Positions 39,029-49,867 are shown, counted from the stretch's first letter. The stretch: DNA of 64,000 nt from Planctomycetota bacterium (GCA_038060895.1 JBBTCT010000007.1:100023-164022); one strand, 5' to 3'. Translations and numbers: made by a program. Notes: a model not told the origin generated them from the letters alone.

Positions 39029-40929
39029 GGGCCCACGCGCTCGTACCAGCCGGTATGCAGGAGCCGGAGCTGCCCGGCGAGGACGGCCTGCGCCACGGCG
39101 TCCTGCACTTCGATCGGCGCGGACCAGACGAGGAGCCGGCGGCAGTCGCGTTCACGCATCGTGTCGATGAGCGCGGACGCGTTGCGGGGCGCGGCGAATT
39201 CGATGCGACGACGGAAGTCCGCCCGGGCGAGCGTGGCGACGGGCCATCCTGCGGTCAGGCACATCACGGGACTGTTCTCGTCGTACCGCCCCTGCCACCG
39301 GACCGCTTCCTCCGGCCCGCCGGGCGCCCCGACCAGCCGCACGAGGACGATGCGACGCGCGTCGCGCTGCTCCCAGGAACCATTCAGGTAGGCCTTCAGG
39401 AAGACTTCGTCGACCTTCGCTCCCCCGTCCGGCGAACGGCCCCAGAACGCGGCCGGGACCGAAGTGCGGACCAGGTCCGCCCCGCTGGCGTAGGCGACGA
39501 TCACGAAAGCAATCCAGGGGCGAGGGAGGCGTGAAGCGACGGCTCCGAGCGCGGCGGCAGGAAGGGCTGCGGCCCACAGGACGAAGCGCGAGTTGAAGGC
39601 GTCGTGCTCGACGAGGAGGAGCGTAAGCAGGATTCCCGCGGCGAAGGCAACGGCCGCGGCCCGCCACGGCTTCTCACGGATGACGAGCCATCCGAGCGCG
39701 AGCGGCCCCAGGAGCGCGATCGCAAATCCCCATCCGGTGCGGTCCGCCGTCGGCGTGATCAGCGGGTCGAACTTCACGTAGCGCGACCCGAAGATCTCCA
39801 TCGTGCTCGCCGCCATGTTCCGGAACGACGGCCCGCTGCTCATGGAGACGGGCATGCTTCCGACGTGCTGCGAGCCGCCAGTCGCGCTGGGAACGATCGG
39901 GAAAAAAGGGTTTCCGAACGCGCGCACGTTGGCGGCGAACCAGCAGAACCCGCCGATGGCGGCGATGAACAGAAGCGCGATCGCGGTGACACGGCAGTGC
40001 GGCGGCGCAACCGGAACTTCGGCAACCGGCGCGGGAGCTTCCGCGCGTTTCGCCCGCTTCCACGCCAGGAAGGCGAGGAATCCCAGCGCCGGAATCGTGA
40101 ACAGGACCGTCGGCTTGATCCCTGCACCCACGAGCAGCGCCAGCGAAGCGGCAAAGACAGCGCGGTCGAGCCTCTTCGGCCACGCCAGCTCGGCCGCGGC
40201 CGCCAGCACGAAGGCGCCTGCCGCGGCGTCGTTCAGGGCGGAGCATGACTGCACGAGGACGATCGGCGCGCACGCCCAGATCAGCCCGGCCAGAAGCGCC
40301 CCGGCGCGCGTCGCACCGAGCGAACGCGACAAGGCGGCCGTGGCCGCGGCGCCCAGGAAGGCCGCTTCCAGCCCAGCGCCTTCCACCATGACGTCGTGGT
40401 GCGGGATGACGACCCACCAGGACTGGAGAACCTGCATGCTCGCCGGGAAATAGATGCGGAGGTCGAGCATGTCCGGCCGCGCGACGCTGCCTGTCTGGAC
40501 CCAGGACACCAGCCGCGGCAGGTGATAGGCGTGCTCGTCCACGGTGTAGGGCACGAAGAGCCAGGCGTTGGCGAGATGCCGGACGACGAGCAGCAGGGCG
40601 AAGGCGCCGAGAAGCAGGGCGACGGCTGCGGATTCGGAGCGCAGGTCCCGGACGACGGCGGCGGTTGCCTGCGCGGCCTCCCGAAGCGCCCGCGCGCCGC
40701 CCAGCGCGAACCCGAGGGCGCCCGCCGAAAGACCCGCGATCATCATCGGCACCGGCGTCAGTGCGCCGAAGATGCCCAGTCCGAGAGCAAGGAGGATGGC
40801 GACGGCCGCGTGAATGACGCCCGTGGCAGCGACCGCCGCGGCCCGCGAATCAGCGGGTAGGCGGCGCTGAAGCGCGATCGCGAGAATCCACAGCCCGGCG
40901 TGTGCGGCGATGAGGAGCGCGAAGCTCAC
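39025..40929 (-). CDS. polytopic membrane protein, GT-C glycosyltransferase-like
   Basis: Motifs DEHAYHLPR, YFP, ND, GIKPT, NVRAFGNPFFP; 4-nt overlap with the next gene. Confidence 0.72.
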   Translation of the reverse strand: MSFALLIAAHAGLWILAIALQRRLPADSRAAAVAATGVIHAAVAILLALGLGIFGALTPVPMMIAGLSAGALGFALGGARALREAAQATAAVVRDLRSESAAVALLLGAFALLLVVRHLANAWLFVPYTVDEHAYHLPRLVSWVQTGSVARPDMLDLRIYFPASMQVLQSWWVVIPHHDVMVEGAGLEAAFLGAAATAALSRSLGATRAGALLAGLIWACAPIVLVQSCSALNDAAAGAFVLAAAAELAWPKRLDRAVFAASLALLVGAGIKPTVLFTIPALGFLAFLAWKRAKRAEAPAPVAEVPVAPPHCRVTAIALLFIAAIGGFCWFAANVRAFGNPFFPIVPSATGGSQHVGSMPVSMSSGPSFRNMAASTMEIFGSRYVKFDPLITPTADRTGWGFAIALLGPLALGWLVIREKPWRAAAVAFAAGILLTLLLVEHDAFNSRFVLWAAALPAAALGAVASRLPRPWIAFVIVAYASGADLVRTSVPAAFWGRSPDGGAKVDEVFLKAYLNGSWEQRDARRIVLVRLVGAPGGPEEAVRWQGRYDENSPVMCLTAGWPVATLARADFRRRIEFAAPRNASALIDTMRERDCRRLLVWSAPIEVQDAVAQAVLAGQLRLLHTGWYERVGP

Positions 40930-40971
40930 GCGGGAATTCTGCCACGAGCGCGCGCGGAACGCCCTTCGTTC

Positions 40972-41310
40972 TTACTCGGGCTCGTCGTCGCGAAGCGCCA
41001 GCGGCGGACCGAGGATCTCGCCCAGCACGAAAAGCCGCTGGACATCCCGGCCGGTTCTTTCGGCCTCCTGCACGGTCGTCAACGTGGGAAGCATTTCCTC
41101 GACCGTCGGCGCCGCCGGGCGCGGGCGGGCGGGTCCCTCGACCGGAACGTCGCTCCCGCGACGCTTTTTTTTCTTCTTTTTCTTCTTCTTCGGCTCCGAG
41201 GGGATCGTCATGGCCATGGGAATCCCCGCCGCCAGCGCCTGTTCCTGCTGCGCACGGCGCTGCCGCTCCTGCGCCTCGGAAACCAGCTTGAGGATGAGAT
41301 CGAGCAGCAT
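40972..41310 (-). CDS. hypothetical protein with C-terminal EILGPP motif (YqfB-like)
   Basis: RBS GAGG; poly-Lys tract; ends FVLGEILGPPLALR. Confidence 0.6.
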   Translation of the reverse strand: MLLDLILKLVSEAQERQRRAQQEQALAAGIPMAMTIPSEPKKKKKKKKKRRGSDVPVEGPARPRPAAPTVEEMLPTLTTVQEAERTGRDVQRLFVLGEILGPPLALRDDEPE

Positions 41311-41312
41311 GG

Positions 41313-41759
41313 TCAGGGCCTCATTCCGGAGCACGGGCCGAAGATCTCGCGCCAGGCCAGCGCTTCCTGCAGCTCGGCATGGCTTGCAGGCGCAAATCCT
41401 GCGGCCGCGCGGACGGCTGCGGAAGATAGCGCTCCGCGCGGTTTCTCCAGTTCAGCCGCCTGTTGCGAACCCGAAACGCCGCGGTGTTCCGCGTCCCACG
41501 CGCCGGGGCGGGCGGGACCCTCCTGGGGGGACTCCTCGGGAGGAGCGGCGGGCGCGGAGGCCCTGGCCCCCGGCGAGGCCGCACGGGCACGGGCCGTCTG
41601 GATCGCTTCGTCCACGAGGCGGAGCTGCTCCTGGGTCGCTTCTATCTCGCTCGCCTGCCGCTTCTTCTTCGTCATGGAATACAGCACGCTGCCGCCGATG
41701 ACGACGGCCCAGAAGAGCAGCGAGAAGAAGCCTTCGAGTTCGTTGCCGGTGCTGGCCAT
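41313..41759 (-). CDS. membrane-anchored hypothetical protein with C-terminal EIFGP motif (YqfB-like)
   Basis: N-terminal TM helix; LQEALAWREIFGP; follows floA. Confidence 0.65.
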   Translation of the reverse strand: MASTGNELEGFFSLLFWAVVIGGSVLYSMTKKKRQASEIEATQEQLRLVDEAIQTARARAASPGARASAPAAPPEESPQEGPARPGAWDAEHRGVSGSQQAAELEKPRGALSSAAVRAAAGFAPASHAELQEALAWREIFGPCSGMRP

Positions 41760-41813
41760 GGTTTTGAATCCTGACCGGCGCGGACCCCGGATGGCCGGGG
41801 CCCGCGCCGGTGA

Positions 41814-42830
41814 CTATGTCTTTCCCTGCTGTCCGCCGATGCCCTTGCGCATGTCGGTATCGGCCTGAACGTTTTTCATCTTGTAGTAGTCCATCACTCC
41901 AAGATGGCCGGCCCTGAACGCCGCCGCGATCGCATTCGGGATTTCCGCTTCGGCCTCGATCACCTTGGCCCGGTTCTCAACGGCCTTCGCCTGCATTTCC
42001 TGCTCCGTCGCAACGGCCATAGCGCGGCGCTTTTCAGCCTCCGCCTGGGCAACCTTCTTGTCGGACTCGGCCTGGTCGGTCCTCAACTTTGCCCCGATGT
42101 TGTCCCCGACGTCGATGTCCGCGATATCGATCGAGAGGATCTCGAAAGCGGTCCCCGCGTCGAGGCCCTTCTGCAGCACCGTCTTCGAAATGTGGTCCGG
42201 ATTTTCCATGACCGCCTGGTGAGTTTCCGACGAGCCGATCGAGGTCACGATGCCCTCGCCGACGCGCGCGATAATGGTCTCTTCCGTTGCGCCTCCGATG
42301 ATGCGGTCGAGATTCGTGCGCACCGTCACCCGCGCCTTCACCTTGAGCTCGATTCCGTTCTTGGCGACCGCACTCACGGTCTCCCGGCCCTTCCGGGGAT
42401 CGGGGCAGTCGATGACCTTCGGGAGCACCGACGTGTGCACCGCCTCCAGCACATCCCGTCCCGCCAGGTCAATCGCCGTCGCACGGTCGAACGTCAGCGG
42501 TATCGCCGCCTTGTTTGCGGCGATCAGCGCCCGCACGACGCGCTCAACGTGCCCGCCCGCGAGATAGTGCGCTTCCAGCTTGTCCGTCGTAATCGGCAGC
42601 CCCGCCTTGGACGCCGTGATCCGGTTGATCACGATCACCCGCGGGTCCACTTTCCGAAGCCGCATCCCGATCAGGTCCCACAGCCCGACGTGGGCTCCGG
42701 ACATCATCGCCTGGATGTAGAGCAGGCCGAAGTTGGCCACGATGATGAAAAAGACGAGCAGCACCAGCGCCCCGGCCATGCCGAGGACGAGGTGAAGCGG
42801 CTCCATTTCGGCCAGGAGCAGGGTGTTCAT
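41814..42830 (-). CDS. floA: flotillin-like protein FloA (YqfA family)
   Basis: Motifs [63 protein letters not shown]. Confidence 0.95.
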   Translation of the reverse strand: MNTLLLAEMEPLHLVLGMAGALVLLVFFIIVANFGLLYIQAMMSGAHVGLWDLIGMRLRKVDPRVIVINRITASKAGLPITTDKLEAHYLAGGHVERVVRALIAANKAAIPLTFDRATAIDLAGRDVLEAVHTSVLPKVIDCPDPRKGRETVSAVAKNGIELKVKARVTVRTNLDRIIGGATEETIIARVGEGIVTSIGSSETHQAVMENPDHISKTVLQKGLDAGTAFEILSIDIADIDVGDNIGAKLRTDQAESDKKVAQAEAEKRRAMAVATEQEMQAKAVENRAKVIEAEAEIPNAIAAAFRAGHLGVMDYYKMKNVQADTDMRKGIGGQQGKT

Positions 42831-43276
42831 ACGATTCTCCTTTCAACGGGCGCCACGACGACGCGATTCCCCTCCACCGACACGACGCGGATCTGCACGC
42901 CGCGGTCGACGGGTTCGCCGTTCGTCAGGACGTCCATGCGTTGTCCATTCAGCAGTGCAACTCCGGTGGGGCGAAGAGGCGTCGCGGCCGTCCCTTCCAT
43001 GCCGGGGTGGAGCCCCGGGGTCGGGATCGAGCCGTCTCCGTCCAGTCGCGCCCGGAGGGTCAGGTTTCGAGCCGCCCGCACGAGGGCCGCGGGGACCAGC
43101 ACGACGGCAATGACAAAAAGGCTGAGGCCGGTGGGCCATCCCTCGGCCCGCCAGGCCCAGATGATCGATCCTGTGAGCCCGCCGATCCCGAGCAGGCCCA
43201 TCAGGGCGCTCGGGAAAACGAGCTCGCTCAGGATCAACAGCATCGAGAGCCCGTACACGGCCAGGATGTTGGTCAT
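42827..43276 (-). CDS. short NfeD family protein
   Basis: TM helices plus OB domain: TPLRPTG..DV..GE..G..V..VEG. Confidence 0.88.
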   Translation of the reverse strand: MTNILAVYGLSMLLILSELVFPSALMGLLGIGGLTGSIIWAWRAEGWPTGLSLFVIAVVLVPAALVRAARNLTLRARLDGDGSIPTPGLHPGMEGTAATPLRPTGVALLNGQRMDVLTNGEPVDRGVQIRVVSVEGNRVVVAPVERRIV

Positions 43277-43288
43277 CGCTCTGCTCCT

Positions 43289-44686
43289 CTACACCCGTCT
43301 CACGACAACGCTCGGACCTTCCGCCTTCACGACCGTGATCTTCGTCCCGGCCTCGACGAACTCGCCTTCCGCGACGACGTCGAGCGTCATCCCGTCTACT
43401 TCCACCTTGCCGGAGGGGCGAAGCGGCGTCATCGCAATGCCTTCCCGCCCGATGAGAACCACCGCCGCCGGTGCTTCCGCAGGCGGAACTTCCGACTTCA
43501 GGATGAGCTGTTTGAACATCGGCGTGTTGGGAAGGAAGCGGACGATGGCGGCGAAACCGATGACGGCCCCGCCGGTGGATGCGGTGAGCGTGAGGAAGTT
43601 GCCGGCCAGCGAGTTCCACTGGTACGGGTTCGAGGGGAAGACGAAATTCTGGAGCGCGAGGATGAGCCCGGCTCCCATCAGGAGCAGGCCGGAAGCGCCC
43701 ACGACGGCGAAGCCCGGCGTCAGGAACTCGACGATGAGGAGGATGGCGCCGATCGCGAAGAGAAGGATCTCGGTCGCCTGGGCGGTGCCGACGAGGTAGT
43801 GCCCGAAGAAAACCGTGCCGAAGCAGGCGGTCGCCAGAAGCGCGGGGATGCCGACCCCGACCGTCTTGCATTCGATCCAGATGAAGATGAAGCCGAGCGC
43901 GATCAGGATCCCGGTGACAATCCCCATCGTGACGATGGCGACGAAGGACTCGCCCCAGGCTTCCGAGATTCGCGAGATGGAGCCCGGCACGACTCCGAGG
44001 GAGACGCAGGCCTTCTCAACGGAGTCGGCCGTCGAGTGCGAAATCCCCAGCTCACGCGCTTCCCGAGCCGTGAGGTTCAGCAGCTTCCCTTTCAGCTTGA
44101 GCTGCCGAAGGACCTTGACCTTCGCGCCCCGCTGCTCCATCTCCGCGAACTCCAGTCCGTTGACGAGCTTCGGCGCGCCGTTGACCTCGACTTCGCGCAC
44201 TTCAAGATCCGGATCGACCATTCCCATCGCGATGAGAGCCGGCAACCCGTGCTTCTCCGCCTTCGCGCGGAATTGTGCGGCGACCCAGGACACGATTTTC
44301 TCGCTCGACATCACGCCGTCGCTTCCGACCGGCTGCGCACTTCCGATGGTCGCCGACGGTTCCATGACGATCCGGCCGCACGCAATGGAGATGAGCGCTC
44401 CCGCGGACTGAGCGCCGCCGAAGTTGCCTCCCTTGACGTACGCCGCCGTCGCGATTTCGGACCGCTCGATGCGTTCGGCGATATCCAGTGCGGAATCAAG
44501 GCGTCCCCCGGGCGTGTTGATTTCAAACACGACCAGCGACGATCCGTCCGCTTTCGCGGCTTCGAGCGAGCGTTTCACGAGATACACCGTTGAAGGACCG
44601 ATTTCGCCTTCAATGGCGACGACGGTCACGCGGGGCTCGGCGGCCGCAGCGGCCGCGAGTGCAAGGGTCAGCAGGAATGTGCGCAT
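43289..44686 (-). CDS. nfeD: long NfeD family protein (ClpP-class domain, TM region, OB domain; YqeZ-like)
   Basis: Motifs INTPGG, SAGALI, TIGSAQP, LLNLTA, TPLRPSGK. Confidence 0.9.
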   Translation of the reverse strand: MRTFLLTLALAAAAAAEPRVTVVAIEGEIGPSTVYLVKRSLEAAKADGSSLVVFEINTPGGRLDSALDIAERIERSEIATAAYVKGGNFGGAQSAGALISIACGRIVMEPSATIGSAQPVGSDGVMSSEKIVSWVAAQFRAKAEKHGLPALIAMGMVDPDLEVREVEVNGAPKLVNGLEFAEMEQRGAKVKVLRQLKLKGKLLNLTAREARELGISHSTADSVEKACVSLGVVPGSISRISEAWGESFVAIVTMGIVTGILIALGFIFIWIECKTVGVGIPALLATACFGTVFFGHYLVGTAQATEILLFAIGAILLIVEFLTPGFAVVGASGLLLMGAGLILALQNFVFPSNPYQWNSLAGNFLTLTASTGGAVIGFAAIVRFLPNTPMFKQLILKSEVPPAEAPAAVVLIGREGIAMTPLRPSGKVEVDGMTLDVVAEGEFVEAGTKITVVKAEGPSVVVRRV

Positions 44687-44898
44687 AGGGAATCTCCGAC
44701 GGGTAGAACCTGAGAGCGCAAACAGGGGGCCGAGGATCTCTTCCGAAGCGATCGTAGCCGGGAAAAGAGCAAAGCCAAAGGCCAAAACGGGTTACGGATG
44801 CTGCCCGCGCGACGGGAGGCGAGCGAAGGAGCGTGCACGGGAGAACGGTGCGGGTACGGGGGTGTACGGGAGAAGAAAGGCGGACGGACCGTTCTTCG

Positions 44899-46212
44899 TC
44901 ACTCCCCCGCCAGTCGGTCCAGCACCACCTTCAACGTCTCCACTTCACTTCCTCGCCCCTCAAACCGCACCCTGCCATCCGGATCCACAAGGAACACCCG
45001 CGGCAGATCCTGCACCTTGAAGCCCCTGGACAGGTCTCCGTCCTCCAGCGCGACACCGAAGGAAAGTCCGAGATTCGATGCAATGCGGCGGACCGACGCT
45101 TCGGATTGAAGCGCATCCACGCGCGTCACTGCTGCACCGCCCGCGCGCGTCCGACCTCTCAGCAATTCCGAGATCGCCGCGAGTTCGGCCTCGCAGCGCG
45201 GCGCCCAGGTCGCCCAGAAGTACACGAGCTGCCACTTCCCCGCCTCCGGCGCCTCTCCGATCCACGCCGGTGCCTTGAGAGCGGGCGCCGACTGCCCGAG
45301 CATCGGCCAGTCGCGCCTGGCCTCGAGGGCGCGGGTCCGCGCCAGGGTCCCCCAGCGGTTCCCCGCATCGGCGCCCGCCTTCTCCCACAGTTCGACCGCC
45401 CGGTCTCGCTCGCCGTCCCGCCACGCTTCCTGGGCCGCAATCATCGGCGCGGCGTCCGCCGCGGCGTCCGCGGCCTCCTCCACCGTCAGCGACGCCCCCG
45501 GGGTCCCCAGCATCGTGAACTTCAGGTCGCGCCGCTCAGTCCCGTCCTTCGTCGCCACCGTCCAGGCCGCCGTCCCCTCGATTCCCTTCGCGCGGCCCAG
45601 ATGCATCGTCAGCGTCGCGCGCCCGGGCTCAAACGCGATGCGCGCGCCACCTTGCTCGGCCGTCGAAAACGTGAAGGTCCCGGACACGCTGCTGCCGCTT
45701 CGCGTAAACGCGCCCTTCCACGAAAGCGCCCCCAACGTTCCTGTGCGCTCCCACGCCGTTTCCTCTCCCTCCGGCAGAACTTCGATCTCGTCGAGCGCGC
45801 GCAATACCGATTCCTCAATCGACGGGTCCCGGGGCGAAGGCGCGCCGCCGCCGCGATCGTCCAGCCACAGAAACGTGACGTCGAGTTCCCTCCCGGGGAG
45901 CATCGAGATCAGCCTTTCCCCCTCCTGCCTCATCCGATCCTGTCCGTTGACCGTGTAGGCGGTCGGACGCGCGGGAGCGTGGTCGGTTTCCACGGAGAGA
46001 AGCGTCCGCCCGTTTTCGCGCGCGCAGCCGGTCACCCGTTGCGTCCCCGCGCGGGTCCACAAGAAGCGCTCCACCGTCGAGCCGCGACGCACGGTGGTCT
46101 CGCTGCGGAACTGCGCTGAAAACAGCACGCCTTCGCCGGCGCCCGTCGAATACCGCAGGGGATCCGCGGAAGCGGCGATGCCGGCCAGGGCGAGGACGAA
46201 AAGCGGTCTCAC
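44899..46212 (-). CDS. secreted protein with C-terminal TlpA/redoxin-like domain (AxxC)
   Basis: Signal peptide; GQSAPAL..W..GKWQLVYFWATWAPRC..LPRVFLVDPDGRVR. Confidence 0.72.
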   Translation of the reverse strand: MRPLFVLALAGIAASADPLRYSTGAGEGVLFSAQFRSETTVRRGSTVERFLWTRAGTQRVTGCARENGRTLLSVETDHAPARPTAYTVNGQDRMRQEGERLISMLPGRELDVTFLWLDDRGGGAPSPRDPSIEESVLRALDEIEVLPEGEETAWERTGTLGALSWKGAFTRSGSSVSGTFTFSTAEQGGARIAFEPGRATLTMHLGRAKGIEGTAAWTVATKDGTERRDLKFTMLGTPGASLTVEEAADAAADAAPMIAAQEAWRDGERDRAVELWEKAGADAGNRWGTLARTRALEARRDWPMLGQSAPALKAPAWIGEAPEAGKWQLVYFWATWAPRCEAELAAISELLRGRTRAGGAAVTRVDALQSEASVRRIASNLGLSFGVALEDGDLSRGFKVQDLPRVFLVDPDGRVRFEGRGSEVETLKVVLDRLAGE

Positions 46213-46284
46213 GCCCGGGATGATAGCAACGTCCGCCCCGAACGACGACCGCGCCGGGAGGGCCGGTGTCGTACACTGGCCGCC

Positions 46285-47871
46285 ATGCGACGCTTCTCTG
46301 GCGCCCTCGCGTTCCTGCTGCTCGTCACTCCGGTCTTCGCGGATACCGCAGGGGAGCTCGCCCGCCGGACTCGCGACTTCGCTTCCCGCGGATGGGGAAC
46401 CCGGGGCCACCTTCGGGTTTCTGACGCCGCAGAGGCGGAGGAGTTTCTGGCGTCGCTCGAGGCACGCTTCGAGGGCAAGGAACTCGCGCCGGCGGATCTT
46501 CTCGACCTCCGTCTCATGCGTCACCGCCTCCAGGGGCTTCACGAAGAATGGCGCGTACTCGACCTCAAGCACCGGGACGTGCGCTCGTGGCTGCCGGAGG
46601 CCGGCGAAATCCCCTCCTCGATGGAGGACCCCGAAAGGCGCCGGGTGGCCGTGCCTGAGTTTCTCATGAAGCTCGAGGACTCCTGCGCCAACGCGCGCAA
46701 GGCTCTCGAGAACATCGACCGCGAGGACGCACGCGTCAACGAGGACCGGCTGGACCAGCTCCTCAAGGCCATGGACGCACAAAAAACAAAATTTGGTGCG
46801 CAGGCGATCAAAGTCAAGACACCGAAAATGGAAGAACTCCGCCGCTTCCTTTCGGACCGGAAGAAAAACGGCCCCGAGCGCTCCGCTTCACGCGCCCGGG
46901 ACCTCCGCTGGCTCGAGTACACGGGGTACTTCCGCTGGGAAGTCGGAATTGACGATGGGCCCGAGGAAATCCTGCAGCTCGGGAAGCGGCTGTACCGGAG
47001 GACGGAGGAAGAACTCGCGGCGGTCGCGAAACAAATCAACCCCTCGCGCACCTGGCGTGAGATTGCGGACGACCTGCGCCTCGACCACCCGGAGGCGGAT
47101 CAGCTGCTCGAAGTCTGCCGCACCGAAATGGAGCGGGCGATCGCCTTCGTGAGGAAAAAGGGGTTCGTGACGCTGCCTGAGTGGGCGACGCACGTCCGCG
47201 CCGACTGGGGCGGCCCGGACGACCGCACACCGTACGGACACTACAACCCGTGCGACCCCTCGGACCCCGAGCTGAACGGGGTGTACGTCGTTACCCCGGT
47301 CACGCGCCTCAGGGGAGAAGAACGGGAGCAGGTCCTCCGCGGGAACAACCGCGCCTGGATCCGCGTCGTGTCGCTTCACGAGGCCATTCCCGGCCACCAC
47401 CTGCAATTCGCGATCGCCGCCCGTCGCACGCGGGAGATCCCGAAGATGTTCTACAACCCCGCCTACGTAGAGGGCTGGGGGCTGTACTGCGAGGAACTGA
47501 TGTTCCGGCACGGCTACTACAACGACCGCACCCGCCTCTCCCAGCTCAAGATGCGGCTCTGGCGCTGCGCGCGGATCATGATCGACGTCGGGTGCAATTT
47601 CGGCGGCATGACGAAGGAGGAAGGCATCCGCCTGCTCGTCGACGGGGTCGGCATCGAGCGCCCGAGCGCCACAATGGAAGTCGACCGCTACCTCGCTTCC
47701 CCCGGGTACTACTCCGGCTACATCGTGGGACGCGACCGCTTCGAGCGCCTGCTGGCCTCCGAACGGTCCCGCCTCGGCGCGAAATTCGACGAGCGCCGGT
47801 TTCACGACCGGCTGCTGTCGTTCGGGCCGATCCCTTTCAGCGCGCTGGAAGAAGCGATGTCGCAGCGGTAG
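46285..47871 (+). CDS. DUF885 family protein
   Basis: Motifs HEAIPGHHLQ, EGWGLYCE, LWRCAR, FHDRLL.GP. Confidence 0.9.
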   Translation: MRRFSGALAFLLLVTPVFADTAGELARRTRDFASRGWGTRGHLRVSDAAEAEEFLASLEARFEGKELAPADLLDLRLMRHRLQGLHEEWRVLDLKHRDVRSWLPEAGEIPSSMEDPERRRVAVPEFLMKLEDSCANARKALENIDREDARVNEDRLDQLLKAMDAQKTKFGAQAIKVKTPKMEELRRFLSDRKKNGPERSASRARDLRWLEYTGYFRWEVGIDDGPEEILQLGKRLYRRTEEELAAVAKQINPSRTWREIADDLRLDHPEADQLLEVCRTEMERAIAFVRKKGFVTLPEWATHVRADWGGPDDRTPYGHYNPCDPSDPELNGVYVVTPVTRLRGEEREQVLRGNNRAWIRVVSLHEAIPGHHLQFAIAARRTREIPKMFYNPAYVEGWGLYCEELMFRHGYYNDRTRLSQLKMRLWRCARIMIDVGCNFGGMTKEEGIRLLVDGVGIERPSATMEVDRYLASPGYYSGYIVGRDRFERLLASERSRLGAKFDERRFHDRLLSFGPIPFSALEEAMSQR

Positions 47872-47935
47872 TGCCGCGAGCAGCCCCGGATTCCGATTCC
47901 TTCTCATCGCACGAAACCGCATTTATCATTCCCCC

Positions 47936-48286
47936 ATGCCCAAAATTGAAACGCTGGAGCACCTGGTAGATTCGGCGTATTACCCGCGCGACGACAGGCA
48001 ACTCGCGGCGGCGCGGACGGCGATTGAGAAAGGGCTGTCGAAAAAGCTCCGCTCGAAGAAGATCCCGCCGCGCGTGAAGACGGATGCGCGCTGGCTGGCG
48101 AGCGTTCTCCTGGAAAAACGGTGGCGGAAGAAGAAGGGCGTGGACGCGATCGTCGCTGCCGGCCTGCTCTACCTGCTGAACGGGAAGGACTCGATCCCCG
48201 ACAAGCTTCCCTACACCGGCTACTTCGACGACTCGCTCGTGCTCGAAGTGGTGATTCGCTCGATCCAGGTCGGCGTGGCGAAGTAA
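47936..48286 (+). CDS. DUF1232/YkvA family protein
   Basis: LLYLL..DSIPD..GYFDD motif. Confidence 0.8.
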   Translation: MPKIETLEHLVDSAYYPRDDRQLAAARTAIEKGLSKKLRSKKIPPRVKTDARWLASVLLEKRWRKKKGVDAIVAAGLLYLLNGKDSIPDKLPYTGYFDDSLVLEVVIRSIQVGVAK

Positions 48287-48293
48287 CGCCGGA

Positions 48294-49322
48294 ATGAAGG
48301 CCATCGCCTTCCAAAGGCACGGCGGCCCTGAAGTCCTCGAGGCGATGGACCTCCCCGACCCGTCGCCGGGGCAAGGCGAAGTGCGCGTCGCGATTCGCGC
48401 CGCGGCGCTCAACCATCTCGACATCTGGGTGCGCAACGGGCTCGGCGCCGTGATCCCGATGCCCCACGTCGGCGGCTCGGACGGCGCTGGCGTCGTGGAC
48501 GCGGTCGGCCCCGGCGTGGAGTCAGTCGCCCCCGGCGATCCCGTGATGATCTCCCCCGGGCTCTCCTGCGGCGCCTGCCCCGAGTGCCTCTCAAGTCGCG
48601 AGTCGCGATGCCCGGCCTTCCGAATCGTCGGGTTCCAGACCCAGGGCACCTACGCGACTCACTGCGTCGTCCCGGCCCGTAACTGCCTCCCGATCCCCCC
48701 GGGCCTCCCCTTCCCCGAGGCCGCAGCCATTCCGCTCACCTTCCTCACCGCATACCACATGCTCTTCACGCGTGGCCAGCTCCGCCCCGGCGAAACCGTC
48801 CACGTCCCCGGCTGCGCCAGCGGCGTCGGCACGGCCGCCATCCAGCTCGCCGCCGCCGCGGGCGCCCGCGTCATCGCCGCGGGAGGCGGCTCGGAAAAGG
48901 TCGCGCTCGCGAAAAGGCTCGGGGCCTGGGAAGCGCTGGACAGCTCTTCAAATAAAAACATCGGCGACGAAGTCCGCCGCCTCACTGCCGGCCGCGGCGC
49001 CGACCTCGTCGTCGATCACCTCGGCGGCGACTACACCCCCTCCGCCGCCGCCCTCTGCGCCCGCGGCGGACGCGTCGTCGTCTGCGGCGCCACCGCGGGC
49101 CCCCAGTTCACCCTGCCGCTTCGCGCCCTCTACGTCCCCGAAATCTCCATTCTTGGCGCCTACATGGGCTCGCGCTGGGAACTCGTCGAGGCCCTTCGGC
49201 TCGTCGCGCACGGCAGGGCCCGCCCCGTCATCGACCGCACTTTCCCCCTCGCACGGGCAGCCGACGCCCAGCGCCGCATGGAGACCCGCCAGAACCTCGG
49301 CAAGATCGTCCTCGTCCCATGA
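48294..49322 (+). CDS. zinc-binding MDR dehydrogenase / quinone oxidoreductase-like
   Basis: Motifs HGGPEVL, LNHLD, CGACPEC..C, ASGVG, GKIVL. Confidence 0.92.
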   Translation: MKAIAFQRHGGPEVLEAMDLPDPSPGQGEVRVAIRAAALNHLDIWVRNGLGAVIPMPHVGGSDGAGVVDAVGPGVESVAPGDPVMISPGLSCGACPECLSSRESRCPAFRIVGFQTQGTYATHCVVPARNCLPIPPGLPFPEAAAIPLTFLTAYHMLFTRGQLRPGETVHVPGCASGVGTAAIQLAAAAGARVIAAGGGSEKVALAKRLGAWEALDSSSNKNIGDEVRRLTAGRGADLVVDHLGGDYTPSAAALCARGGRVVVCGATAGPQFTLPLRALYVPEISILGAYMGSRWELVEALRLVAHGRARPVIDRTFPLARAADAQRRMETRQNLGKIVLVP

Positions 49323-49744
49323 TGCCGATCCCCCCGGTCCCCCCACGCCCCGACGGCCCCCGCAAAGCCTCACTTCACATGCGCAAGGGCGAGCAGATCT
49401 TCCGCGTCGCCACCACAGACTGGGCCGAGAATAACGGAGGGTTCCTCTGCTGGCGCGTCGTCGCCAAGAAGCGCCTCGACGGCCGGGTCGAAGCGATGCA
49501 CTTCATCGCGCGCAGGGACGCCGCCGACCTCCTCTCCGCCCACGTGGTCCTGCCGGAGGCCAAGTTCGGCGATTTCCTCGCGAAGATCGAAGAAGCGATC
49601 CAGCAGTTCGCGCCGGGACTGAAGATGCGCTCGGGTGACCTGTCGGAATTCGACCAGGTCGAGTTCGGGACCTACTTCATCCACGACCCGGAGGCGGAGG
49701 CGAGGCTGCGGCAAAAAGGGTTGCTGCCGCCGACGAAGGAATGA
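49319..49744 (+). CDS. hypothetical protein
   Basis: ATGA overlap with the upstream gene; native codon usage. Confidence 0.7.
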   Translation: MMPIPPVPPRPDGPRKASLHMRKGEQIFRVATTDWAENNGGFLCWRVVAKKRLDGRVEAMHFIARRDAADLLSAHVVLPEAKFGDFLAKIEEAIQQFAPGLKMRSGDLSEFDQVEFGTYFIHDPEAEARLRQKGLLPPTKE

Positions 49745-49867
49745 CGTTCCCGCCAATGCCCCGACCGCAGGGCGCGCCGTTCACGCAGGACGTCGCTTCG
49801 CATCCCGAATAAAAAGGGGCCGCTCGAAGTGAGCGGCCCCTGGACAGGCAGGAGGACGGAGGTAGGC

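Noticed and set aside
40972-41759. Single frameshifted gene
   Set aside because: Each ORF has its own C-terminal EI[LF]GP motif and the second has its own RBS and ATG, so two genes fit better
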